In this document: in pieces, positions 22,448 to 33,892 of the stretch
How the letters are laid out: each line of letters opens with the position of its first letter
Numbering within the stretch: the stretch's first letter is position 1
Source: Octopus bimaculoides
Taxonomy: Eukaryota
Assembly: GCF_001194135.2 (NCBI RefSeq)
Contig: NC_068982.1
Location: 121,627,832 to 121,664,407, forward strand
Length of the DNA: 36,576 bases
Direction of reading: 5' to 3'
Position numbers and translations under genes: made by a program
Notes under the pieces: model-generated
What the model was told of the DNA's origin: nothing
What the model saw: only the letters and a program-made list of their open reading frames with translations
Database searches by the model: none

Positions 22448-24684
22448 NNNNNNNNNNNNNNNNNNNNNNNNNNNNNNNNNNNNNNNNNNNNNNNNNNNNN
22501 NNNNNNNNNNNNNNNNNNNNNNNNNNNNNNNNNNNNNNNNNNNNNNNNNNNNNNNNNNNNNNNNNNNNNNNNNNNNNNNNNNNNNNNNNNNNNNNNNNNN
22601 NNNNNNNNNNNNNNNNNNNNNNNNNNNNNNNNNNNNNNNNNNNTACCTACATCTTTCACTTTCTCCCCTCTTGCAATTTCTGCTCTCTTCAAAGCATAAA
22701 GAGACAAAAAATATTTACGGAAATGAACCAACAATCATATGATCCCATATGATCGACCATGTGATCGAGTTGACAACTTTTGTCTCAAACAAAAGAATGC
22801 CATAAAATAATTTCCTTTGGTACACACACACTCATGCACGCATACGCACACACACACGCGCGTGTGCACGCACGCACACACACACACACATACACACACA
22901 CTCTAGGTAAAACTTCTGTATGAATTATGTTATTTCTTGCTATGTGCACGCACAAAATTACAGCTGAAATCCAATTGAAATTACCTTTTTCTATTCTGTA
23001 ATTCGTGTTTGTGATGAGTGTATTTAAAAACCTGATCCTTGATATAAATTTAAAAGGAAGTTCTCTCAAAAATCCTGTCCTTTACCTGCTGTTTCTAGCA
23101 TGTCCAAGGTGACATTTGCGCCCTGATTTTTTTCCCTAAACTTCTTCCGATTTCTATGTTTTCAATACAGGAGANNNNNNNNNNNNNNNNNNNNNNNNNN
23201 NNNNNNNNNNNNNNNNNNNNNNNNNNNNNNNNNNNNNNNNNNNNNNNNNNNNNNNNNNNNNNNNNNNNNNNNNNNNNNNNNNNNNNNNNNNNNNNNNNNN
23301 NNNNNNNNNNNNNNNNNNNNNNNNNNNNNNNNNNNNNNNNNNNNNNNNNNNNNNNNNNNNNNNNNNNNNNNNNNNNNNNNNNNNNNNNNNNNNNNNNNNN
23401 NNNNNNNNNNNNNNNNNNNNNNNNNNNNNNNNNNNNNNNNNNNNNNNNNNNNNNNNNNNNNNNNNNNNNNNNNNNNNNNNNNNNNNNNNNNNNNNNNNNN
23501 NNNNNNNNNNNNNNNNNNNNNNNNNNNNNNNNNNNNNNNNNNNNNNNNNNNNNNNNNNNNNNNNNNNNNNNNNNNNNNNNNNNNNNNNNNNNNNNNNNNN
23601 NNNNNNNNNNNNNNNNNNNNNNNNNNNNNNNNNNNNNNNNNNNNNNNNNNNNNNNNNNNNNNNNNNNNNNNNNNNNNNNNNNNNNNNNNNNNNNNNNNNN
23701 NNNNNNNNNNNNNNNNNNNNNNNNNNNNNNNNNNNNNNNNNNNNNNNNNNNNNNNNNNNNNNNNNNNNNNNNNNNNNNNNNNNNNNNNNNNNNNNNNNNN
23801 NNNNNNNNNNNNNNNNNNNNNNNNNNNNNNNNNNNNNNNNNNNNNNNNNNNNNNNNNNNNNNNNNNNNNNNNNNNNNNNNNNNNNNNNNNNNNNNNNNNN
23901 NNNNNNNNNNNNNNNNNNNNNNNNNNNNNNNNNNNNNNNNNNNNNNNNNNNNNNNNNNNNNNNNNNNNNNNNNNNNNNNNNNNNNNNNNNNNNNNNNNNN
24001 NNNNNNNNNNNNNNNNNNNNNNNNNNNNNNNNNNNNNNNNNNNNNNNNNNNNNNNNNNNNNNNNNNNTCAAAATTATATTGAAAATACACTTGAAGCTTT
24101 TTAAAAGATGCATTTGCATTAACTTCAACGGTTTCAAAATTTTATGATTTTCAAAAGTGATGCTTTGCTGGTAACTCACTTTATGTAGTAACATGAAAAT
24201 ATAAAAAGACAGAACTTTTTAGTTTGGCGCCTTACATTAGCCATTGATAAATAATTTTGACACGTGAGTTTTAAAATTTTGAATAGCGTCTGTCTGATTT
24301 ATAGTTGTAAATATATCATTTTTTGTATAGTTGTATTACATCCATTTTCTTTTAATACTGATAACGGCGACGTATATTTAGGCAAAGGCAAAAGAAATTA
24401 TTTTGAATGATTATTTCAGACATTTCATTTTTAATAATACTTATTTAGAATCATATAGTTATTCGCGAATGCTTCTTTTTGATATATTAATATAATTTGT
24501 TGAACCGTGGTTTGCATTCCGCAATAAATATACTTTCTATATTCATTCATGTTTAGTCTGTAGTTTTGTTATATCATAAATGTAACTGCGAGATTTAGTA
24601 TATTTAGGTATGTCTTTATAAGTATATTTAGGTATGTCTTTGATTCCTTTCACACGAGAAGTTGGGTTCTGTAGAAACCGTTAA

Positions 24685-24820
24685 CCTGTTGGGGTACATG
24701 AAAAGCATAAAATCATTTGTTTTTGTGCACCATACAAGCTCCGATTTGATGATGAAACCTGATGGTGAAAGAATTCTTTGATTAGTGGACATTTTCATGG
24801 ATGAAACATATTAGAAAGGG
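24685..24820. mobile_element. Possible small piggyBac-type MITE
   Basis: TTAA on both sides (24681-24684, 24821-24824); right end aaaggg, left end cctgtt (degenerate ccctt). Confidence 0.4.
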
Positions 24821-26366
24821 TTAAAAAATTCTAAAATCTTATCCCCATATACATTTTATACTTACGCACACACACACGCACGCACACACACACGCACACA
24901 CACACACACACACACACTCAAACTCACACACAAGATAAAATAATATTGTATGCATACATATATGTACATAATACATACATATATAAATAAATAAATGGAG
25001 TTAAACGCGGGTGTTATTCAAATCTTTATATTTCCGACATATGTTTCGAAGAAAACATTGGTATTATTGCAGAAGGAATAAAATGATGTAAAACAATGCA
25101 ATCTCCTTATCAGGGGAAAACAGACAAACAAAACGCATCAATAAAACATTTTAATCGAACGTGATTACTGCATATATGATGAAGGGAATGCTGGTAATTT
25201 TTTTTTTTTTTTTAAACCATTAATAGATATAACGTCAAAGGCAATTTATAGAAATAGAAGGAAGAGCAAGAAAGAAATTAGCAGAAAACTAAGAGTGGAA
25301 AAATATAGTGCGATAGGTGAATAGGAATAAAGATTAAAGGCGTGGAAATAGATATATTTAGTGGAAATGAAATGTAAGAAGACTAACCCTGGAATTTCTA
25401 CCTTTATAAGTAGGCTGTTACATCCTTGGTACTTATGTAAATTTTTGCGACTCTGGTAACTATTTACTTATTTTTTCCGTGTTATTTGTACATATCGAAA
25501 GAATACACATACATTTATATACATACATACTTACATACATACATACACACACACACTCACACCCACACACAAACCCACACACCCATACACACACACGCAC
25601 GCGCGCACACATATANNNNNNNNNNNNNNNNNNNNNNNNNNNNNNNNNNNNNNNNNNNNNNNNNNNNNNNNNNNNNNNNNNNNNNNNNNNNNNNNNNNNN
25701 NNNNNNNNNNNNNNNNNNNNNNNNNNNNNNNNNNNNNNNNNNNNNNNNNNNNNNNNNNNNNNNNNNNNNNNNNNNNNNNNNNNNNNNNNNNNNNNNNNNN
25801 NNNNNNNNNNNNNNNNNNNNNNNNNNNNNNNNNNNNNNNNNNNNNNNNNNNNNNNNNNNNNNNNNNNNNNNNNNNNNNNNNNNNNNNNNNNNNNNNNNNN
25901 NNNNNNNNNNNNNNNNNNNNNNNNNNNNNNNNNNNNNNNNNNNNNNNNNNNNNNNNNNNNNNNNNNNNNNNNNNNNNNNNNNNNNNNNNNNNNNNNNNNN
26001 NNNNNNNNNNNNNNNNNNNNNNNNNNNNNNNNNNNNNNNNNNNNNNNNNNNNNNNNNNNNNNNNNNNNNNNNNNNNNNNNNNNNNNNNNNNNNNNNNNNT
26101 ATATATATATATATATGCATATACACACACACTCACACCCACACACAAACCCACACACCCATACACACACACGCACGCGCGCACACATATATATATTAGC
26201 TGCTTTCTCGTATACGAGCAAAGCCATTGCTAGAAAGAATCATTGAAATGAGTCAATGTTGATGCAATGTGAGGCCTTTGTATGACTCCTGAGCCCGGCG
26301 AAAGGTTTGCACGTTCTATTACATAATGCACAGCTGTGCTGGCTGACAGAAGCAACAAGTGCCACT

Positions 26367-26482
26367 GTATGTATGCATGCATGTATGTATGTATGTATGT
26401 ATGTATGTATATATGTATTATGTATGTATGTATGTATGTGTGTATGCATGTGTGTGTGTGTGCGTTGTGTGTGTATGTGTGA
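26367..26482. repeat. (TATG)n/(TG)n microsatellite
   Basis: Visible runs. Confidence 0.93.
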
Positions 26483-26621
26483 GTGCGACTGCAACCTGGC
26501 ATTGAGCTGTGCCATCGCTAGATTGTTCTCTTAAACAAGAGCAGCACAGATATGGCAATATGGCATCAATAGATTCCTCTTGCAGCTGGTGCAATTACGT
26601 TAACAATATTGTTAAACTAAT

Positions 26622-26821
26622 ATCTAAGGCGGCAAGCTGGGAGAAACGTTAGTACGCCGAGCGAAATGCTTAGCGGTATTTCGTCTGTCTTTACATTCTG
26701 AGTTTAAATTCCACCGAGGTCGACTTTGCCTTTCAGCCTTTCGGTGTCGATAAATTAAGTACCAGTTACGTACTGGTCTAATCAACTGGCCCCCTCTCCA
26801 GAAATGTCTAGAGTAGAAAAG
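26622..26821 (+). mobile_element. tRNA-derived SINE (family A), tail ...ctagagtagaaaag, perfect 17-bp TSD
   Basis: aatattgttaaactaat at 26605-26621 and 26822-26838 flanks a well-conserved copy. Confidence 0.95.
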
Positions 26822-27284
26822 AATATTGTTAAACTAATGTAGTTAAGTCATGCTCTACTGTAACATATCACATATAAAATTGTTAACATTGCCACTATAT
26901 TCCAGTCCACTGTAATATACAATATATAAATATGTTAACATAATTCTTACCTCCTGCTCTAACCTGACTGTGTATAATAAATATGTTACTTCCGCGAGGG
27001 ATATTTCCTTCTTCTCTGTTTACTTGCCTGGAACATGTTAACACTACCATTACACTTCTGTGTGAAACCTTTTCCGTTTCCCTATGAAATGGTCCTAGAA
27101 TTCACTTATTTCGTTGCCTACTTGTCTGGCATAGTTCTATTGATCCCCTAATCATCGAATTCTCATTGCTTCCTACTTTTCCTAATGTTCCAGTTATGAT
27201 CATTGTTTCATTAGAATACAAATGTTCAAACTTTGCTTCTTTGTACTCCACCATCGTTGATTGATTACCTGATAGGATAATGTG

Positions 27285-27445
27285 TTGCTGGCGGCGGTGG
27301 TGATGGTGCCGATGGTGGTGGTGGTAGTAGTGGTAGTGGTAGTGATGGTGGTAGTGGAGGTGATGGTAGTTGTAGTGATCGTGTCGGTGATGTTGGTGCA
27401 GGTAGTAGTATTGGTGGTGATACTGGCGATGGTAGCAGTTTGATG
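27285..27445. repeat. Degenerate (GGT/GAT/AGT)n trinucleotide repeat
   Basis: Visible; source of the Pro-rich ORF at 27265-27492. Confidence 0.9.
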
Positions 27446-27690
27446 ATGAGGATGGTATCTATCTTAATGGAAATAATCTTATATACATACATTCACACAC
27501 ACACACACACACACACATACACACACACACGCATATTTACACATCACTCTCTCTCTCCGCACAAATGCACCACACACACAGATATATATATATATATATA
27601 TATATATNNNNNNNNNNNNNNNNNNNNNNNNNNNNNNNNNNNNNNNNNNNNNNNNNNNNNNNNNNNNNNNNNNNNNNNNNNNNNNNNNNN

Positions 27691-28909
27691 TTTTTTAATT
27701 GCAGGAACTAAAAGTCAGAAGGAGACAGAATAAACTACCTGCATCAACTTGCCATAAAAGCAGGTAATAATTTTGCATTGACCTTATTCTTAGCGCAAGC
27801 ATCGAAGAGTGCAGTTCGATTTTAGCAGGTATTTTTTTCAAAGCTATAATGGAAGTGACAAAGGAGCATATTCGGAATATTTTGCTTTATGAGTTCAATA
27901 AAGGCAACGACGCAACGGAAAGTGCGAGGAATATTAATGCAGTATATGGGGATCAGACAATAGGCGCAAGCCAGTGTCAACGGTGGTTCCAGAAATTCCG
28001 AGCCGGAAACTACAGCCTAGAAGACGAATCTCGTCTTAGAAGATCTGTAGATCTCGATGAGGACGTCCTGCAAACTCTGGTGGAACAAAATCTCATCGTA
28101 ACTGTTGAAGAACTAGCAGACAAGCTTGGATTTGGTCATTCAACCATTCATCGACACATGCATGCTATCGGAAAAGTCAGCAAATTGGGTCAATGGGTTC
28201 CTCACAAACTTTCCGAGTCTAATCCCGCGTAGTGAGTGAATGCGTGCTCTTCTTTGCTGTCACGTCTCACGAATTAACCCTTTTTGGATCAAGTAGTGAC
28301 TGGTGACGAGAAATGGGTTCTCTATAAGACTTCCAAGCGCCGAAGACAGTGAGTAAGAAAAGGAGAAACACTGGCACCCCAGCCTAAAGAAAGTTTTCAC
28401 TTACGCATGGTATAGTTATCCGTTTGGTAGGATATGAAAGGTTTAGTTCACTTAGAATTTTGAAACTCAAATCAAGCGGTAACAAATGAGATTTACTGCA
28501 AGAAGCTTGAGCGGCTTAAGTCAGCGCCAGAAGAAAGACAACCAACTTTGGTTTCAAGACGAATGATGTATTTCCATTGGGATAATGCTCGGTCATACAG
28601 CGAGGATGACATTCCAAAGCCAGGAGCAGTTTAAATGGGAAACATTGCCCCGTCTGATTATCATTTATTCCGCAGTCTTTCTAAGTCATTTGGACGGAAA
28701 AAATTTGAATTCTGTAGATGAGGTCAAAACTGTATTAGAGGAGTATCTTTCGTCAGGGACAAGTGAATTTTGGAAGAGGGGCCTTGCAAGTCTACCACAT
28801 AGGTGGAAGAGCATTGTAGAAAATGAAGGTGAGTATATTTTAGATTAAAAAGAACTTTGTTTATCTTTATTTTGAAAAAGAAAACCCGTATTATTAATGG
28901 GATGACCCA

Positions 28910-28910
<1 letters not shown>
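27691..28910 (+). mobile_element. Mariner transposon (DD34D type, mellifera/cecropia-like); 5' TIR lost in gap
   Basis: 3' TIR ...cccgtattattaatgggatgacccaa|TA ends at 28910. Contains the transposase pseudogene listed separately. Confidence 0.92.
27849..28848 (+). pseudogene. Mariner transposase pseudogene
   Basis: MEVTKEHIRNILLYEF...QCQRWFQKFRAGNYSLED...KLGQWVPHKL (HTH and WVPHEL motifs); VVTGDEKW (D at 28305); HWDNARS (D at 28581); PSDYHLFRSL (D at 28656); ENEGEYILD*. Several in-frame stops and frameshifts. Confidence 0.95.
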
Positions 28911-28956
<46 letters not shown>

Positions 28957-28965
28957 GTATATACA

Positions 28966-29110
28966 CTAGACCCTTCACAACCTCTAACAAGTGAAGTCGG
29001 GAGTATAATCTATATACGTATATTGCCTATAGACAAGATATCTCAAATATATCAGTTTGATTGTGTTAGCACCGATATCCTTAAAGCTAAACAGACATAA
29101 ATCAACCCCT
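28966..29110 (-). mobile_element. Possible short non-autonomous Helitron
   Basis: The minus strand ends cttcac-N12-gtgaag (hairpin) ggtCTAG|T at 28966. An upstream tgtctgtttagc...caatcaaactg segment resembles a Helitron 5' module. Confidence 0.35.
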
Positions 29111-29221
29111 TCTATACCTTCGTTTAGTTTATCTCCACAATCTCGCCAATATTTCTGACATAAATACATTATTTTACTTCAATCAACACCTAATGGTCTT
29201 TCTTTGTTTTGCTTGGATCTT

Positions 29222-29286
29222 CTTCTCCTCCTCCTCCTCCTCCTCCTCCTCCTTCTTCTTCTTTTTCTTCTTCTTCTTCTTCTTCT

Positions 29287-29333
<47 letters not shown>

Positions 29334-29372
29334 TTCTTCTTCTTCTTCTTCTTCTTCTTCTTCTTCTTCTTC
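29222..29372. repeat. (TCC)n/(TTC)n polypyrimidine tract
   Basis: Visible; runs into a gap; source of the poly-K/E/R/F/L/S ORFs. Confidence 0.97.
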
Positions 29373-29694
29373 NNNNNNNNNNNNNNNNNNNNNNNNNNNN
29401 NNNNNNNNNNNNNNNNNNNNNNNNNNNNNNNNNNNNNNNNNNNNNNNNNNNNNNNNNNNNNNNNNNNNNNNNNNNNNNNNNNNNNNNNNNNNNNNNNNNN
29501 NNNNNNNNNNNNNNNNNNNNNNNNNNNNNNNNNNNNNNNNNNNNNNNNNNNNNNNNNNNNNNNNNNNNNNNNNNNNNNNNNNNNNNNNNNNNNNNNNNNN
29601 NNNNNNNNNNNNNNNNNNNNNNNNNNNNNNNNNNNNNNNNNNNNNNNNNNNNNNNNNNNNNNNNNNNNNNNNNNNNNNNNNNNNNNNNNNNNNN

Positions 29695-29765
29695 ATACAT
29701 AGATAGATAGATAGATACATACATACATACATACATACATACATACATACATACATACATACATA
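29695..29765. repeat. (GATA)n/(CATA)n microsatellite
   Basis: Visible. Confidence 0.95.
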
Positions 29766-30049
29766 CTACTCGCATGTATATACATAAGTTTTTACTAATA
29801 TATATTTCTGTTTCTTTGTTTCTTTTTCATTTACCTGTCGTTGGCTTTTCTTTTCCTTTTAAACTTTACTCTTATTTCATCCTGCCAATATTTCATCATT
29901 ATCAGTGTTTTTAGTTTGTAGTTGTTGTTATTTGCTGTCGCTGTTCTTAGTTTCTTTACTTTCTAAATTTCACATCAATAAAACGCCATTTTAAATTCTT
30001 CTGCTATTAGTTATTCTGAGTATAACGCGCGTGCGCACACGCACAAGCA

Positions 30050-30121
30050 AACATACACACACACACACACACACAACGCATTTATACATAAGCATAATTA
30101 CATATGTATATATGCATATAC

Positions 30122-30168
<47 letters not shown>

Positions 30169-30235
30169 TATACATATATATATATATACATATATGCGTA
30201 TGTGTGTGTATGTGAGTGTATGCGTGATTATGTAT
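30050..30235. repeat. (CA)n/(TA)n compound microsatellite
   Basis: Visible. Confidence 0.93.
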
Positions 30236-30597
30236 CTCTGTATATGTACATTTATGTATGTTGTGCATTTATATATATCAGCGTTCGTGTATACTTATGT
30301 GCGTATAATATAGAATGATGTGGGAAATAAAAGAAAGAATTCGAAGAAAAGTCACTTTGTTTTATCAAATACAACAGATACTGACAAATCCTTGGGAGAA
30401 TGGCTGCCATACGTTTTTGGCATTACAATGTACTTTTCTTATCTTATGTCTCCTCAATGTCTTCAATGCCCTTGAGAAAGACAACGATATTGTAAGTTCG
30501 CAATTCTGATGTTTCTACTATAAATTCACATCTTCTGTTCATGGCTGTTTTTACTAATTATTGTGTTGCAGCGTTGTTGAAGAAAAGCTGTAGGATC

Positions 30598-31012
30598 GGA
30601 GCCAATGACGGAGCTGCTACATTGTCATGCCACGTGCTAGAAATGCAAGCGAAATATCCCTCTGAAATTACAGTTCTTCGTTTCTAAAAAGAACAAACAG
30701 GAAACTAAACTTGCATTGTAGTTCTTTTTATGCAAAAAAAGCCATGATAGTCATATCTGTGACTCAATCAGTGCTGTATTGGGACTAAGAAAACAACAAC
30801 TGTATGACCAAAGCCAACAGGGAAACCTCTACGTGCTTGCTCTGCCTTGAAATAGGAGCTAAATCTTTTTTAAAACACAACCATCCGCCTTAAAAGAGAG
30901 CTCGCATTGCTTAATATAGTCTTAGCTACACTATTCACGAAAATAAAACAGGATGTCCATTGTTTCAATATCTTTGATCATATATCTGTTCCACCTGGGA
31001 ACAAACAACGCG
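30598..31012 (+). repeat. Two tandem family D copies (about 30598-30800 and 30810-31012)
   Basis: Each begins gccaa(t/c)..gg(a)..ct.. followed by tgctagaaat/ttgaaatag, and ends with aaacaac. Confidence 0.55.
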
Positions 31013-31096
31013 GCAGTAATTACAAACTAGAATTTTAGGAACCGGTCAGAAAGAAAACTGCTTAATTATGTACGCAATGATTCAGATTCAGAGGAC

Positions 31097-31275
31097 TGAA
31101 TGACTTATCAACATTTGTTGTTGTTACCCCCATATCAGCCTTGTTTCAAAGATGATCCAGCCGTAGCCATCTAGTCTTTTCTTTTCTGAATAATCCACAT
31201 TATTCAAAGCGGTCTTTATTAAAACAGTAATGTTTGCTTTAAAGGAGGTTTCTCTACTCTTTCAACTGATCGAGA
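31097..31275 (-). repeat. Family D repeat, inverted relative to the upstream pair
   Basis: ttgttgttgttacccccatatcagcc...caaagatgatccagccgtagccatc...ggaggtttctctact. Confidence 0.55.
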
Positions 31276-31355
31276 AATGATGAAGACGTTCAGTGGTTGG
31301 CTTCATTCATGAGTGTAAGCTTTTATAAAAAATACACATAATTAAAGTAATGTCT

Positions 31356-31504
31356 CAGTGACGTAGCTAGAGTGTGTGCCATTTGGACCAACCCTTCAGT
31401 TTGCCCCCACTCTCCGGGCCTCAAGCCCTACCAAGAAGTGCCTTTCCCATAATAGGGACACCTGGGGAGGACTGTCTCCTTGCTAGCCACTAGGTACGCT
31501 ATAG
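31356..31504. mobile_element. Possible small hAT-type MITE
   Basis: Left end cagtgacgtagctag and right end ctaggtacgctatag match at about 10/15. GC-rich interior; no TSD seen. Confidence 0.3.
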
Positions 31505-31807
31505 TAGTCATTCATTTTTAGCATTTTTCTTCCGTTGTTGTCAAGGTGGACTATTTCGAGGGAGGGGGGCTTTATAATTCATGCTGCCCGTGAATTATTT
31601 TCCAGATGCATTAATATCCAGTTTAGTGAAAATATGTGAACTCTACGAACCGACATTCTGTTTCACTGCACATTTTCAATGTAAAAGTGTATTTGTAAAA
31701 ATGTATTGGTTTTGCATCGATCTGATGAATGATGGGTCGCTGGTCAGAATGCTTTTATCCAAAAATGGGTTGCCTTCCACAATTGCGACATCTTGATGTG
31801 TAGTTAA

Positions 31808-31965
31808 GTGGAATCATTAGCTCGTTAAACAAAACGCTTAGTAGTATTTTTTCCAGTTCTTTAAGCTCTGAATTCAAGATCACCTCGGTTAACATCGCCT
31901 TTCAACCTTTCCAGGATCGATAAAATAAAATATCACTCAAGTACTGAGTTGCTCCTCCTCTCAAA
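31808..31965 (+). mobile_element. Old family A SINE
   Basis: gaatcattagctcgttaaacaaaacgcttagtagtattt...ctgaattcaagatcacctcggttaacatcgcctttcaacctttccaggatcgataaaataaaatatcac. Confidence 0.75.
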
Positions 31966-32351
31966 AAAGCATTACTTTCTGTCTATATCGTAGTTGGAGT
32001 CTTAATTTTTATGCACTGTGAAAGGTATCATTCAACTACGGTAGTAGTTGAATAATATTCTTAAGGGCACATTCACACGCGGCATCTTCAGAGCTTTGTC
32101 GCTAATTCAGTTCTTATAAATATAACTTGTATAAATGCAAATTCAACTGACAAATATTTAAGAGTTTTTGACAGAATTGTTTAGTTATTCTCAAATATAT
32201 AAAAATTACATATTTTTAGATTTACAATTACATATGATTGAATAATATGAATATATTTATGTATATGTAAAGGCTATCTATGTAACTTTTAGCCCATGCA
32301 CTATAAATACACATGCATACATGCATATAAGTATGTATATATATATTACGC

Positions 32352-32354
<3 letters not shown>

Positions 32355-32419
<65 letters not shown>
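32355..32419. repeat. (GT)n microsatellite running into a gap
   Basis: Visible. Confidence 0.97.
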
Positions 32420-33892
32420 NNNNNNNNNNNNNNNNNNNNNNNNNNNNNNNNNNNNNNNNNNNNNNNNNNNNNNNNNNNNNNNNNNNNNNNNNNNNNNNNN
32501 NNNNNNNNNNNNNNNNNNNNNNNNNNNNNNNNNNNNNNNNNNNNNNNNNNNNNNNNNNNNNNNNNNNNNNNNNNNNNNNNNNNNNNNNNNNNNNNNNNNN
32601 NNNNNNNNNNNNNNNNNNNNNNNNNNNNNNNNNNNNNNNNNNNNNNNNNNNNNNNNNNNNNNNNNNNNNNNNNNNNNNNNNNNNNNNNNNNNNNNNNNNN
32701 NNNNNNNNNNNNNNNNNNNNNNNNNNNNNNNNNNNNNNNNNNNNNNNNNNNNNNNNNNNNNNNNNNNNNNNNNNNNNNNNNNNNNNNNNNNNNNNNNNNN
32801 NNNNNNNNNNNNNNNNNNNNNNNNNNNNNNNNNNNNNNNNNNNNNNNNNNNNNNNNNNNNNNNNNNNNNNNNNNNNNNNNNNNNNNNNNNNNNNNNNNNN
32901 NNNNNNNNNNNTATATCATTCAACTACGGTAGTGGTTGAATAATACTCTTAAGGCCGCAATTTACTCACACGCAGCATTTTAAGAGCTTTGTCACTAATT
33001 CAGTTCTTAACCAAATTGAAAACGGTTAACATTTTTGAAGAGGACTGGTCCCTAGCTACATTTTGGCATAAAAAATTGAGATCTGGTCCAGTAGAAAAAG
33101 TTTACATCAAAATTTGTAGCAACGTTATAGGAGAATAAGTAACGCTTCCGATCAAGTTTAGATCTAAATAACTTTTTTATTTTAAAAGCAAAATATATTT
33201 ATCTTAGCTTCAATGATAGAAGAAGGCATGAGAAATTTCATAGTTTTGATCCCATGCAACAAAAATTTGTATCAAAACAGTTGTGAGGTAAAATACCATG
33301 AAAAAAATGTAGGGCGAAAAATTGGATTTTAAGGATGATTAGCTTTTTTTATTTTAATTAAGCTTAAATGATAGAGCTCAATTCGAGGAATTTGAAGGTA
33401 TCGATTTCATGCAATGAAGTTTGAAAAGGGAAAAGTTATGAGTGTTTATTTCTCAAATTTGAGGGTGATAATATAGTTCTATATTTGTTTATAAATATTG
33501 TTCTATAAGGCTACTTTTAATATATGGCATCGACATTATTGAGGTAAGGAAAAAATTATCAACAATATGGCTAATTTGTAATTAGTTTAATTACGTCATC
33601 TGTATTAATTAATGCAATTACATCATAAAAATGAAAAAAGTTAAAATATTATTTAGAAATTTTAGCAATAGCCTAGCCATTTTGGCAATCTTTCGCTTTA
33701 ATTCGAAGGCGCGTGCACGCAACTCAGCTGTTACCATACAGCGCTCGGTTTATTCTGTAAAAAAATTTTATCTATGTATTTTCGTGAATGGAATTAAATT
33801 TATTGTTCAATTTTCAGTAAGGTAAAATTTTAAATTATTAACTGACACATTATTAATTAGCATAATAGCATAGCCTGGAAAAACATAGATTA

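Larger units (their letters stand above)
4421..32911. other. Assembly gaps (N): 4421-4560, 6582-6860, 10261-10361, 11033-11042, 22448-22643, 23175-24067, 25616-26099, 27608-27690, 29373-29694, 32420-32911
   Basis: Directly visible; most abut microsatellites. Confidence 0.99.

Noticed and set aside
23086-23152. Possible minus-strand exon (RNRKKFREKNQGANVTLDMLETA, donor CAG|GTAAAG)
   Set aside because: No polypyrimidine tract at the acceptor, peptide not recognised, and upstream context lost in a gap.
23095-24194. ORFs of 300+ aa
   Set aside because: Almost entirely X residues from the 893-N gap.
17800-24641. Short direct repeats (19 bp at about 17800, 21 bp at about 24598; also about 11770) as CRISPR-like arrays
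   Set aside because: Only two adjacent units each, no unique spacers, eukaryotic context, no cas genes; these are ordinary slippage duplications.
29179-29785. Poly-K/E/R/F/L/S ORFs
   Set aside because: (TTC)n tract plus gap, open in all frames.
33010-33470. Fragment of a non-autonomous DNA transposon
   Set aside because: The composition is suggestive but I could not find termini or a second copy in the window.
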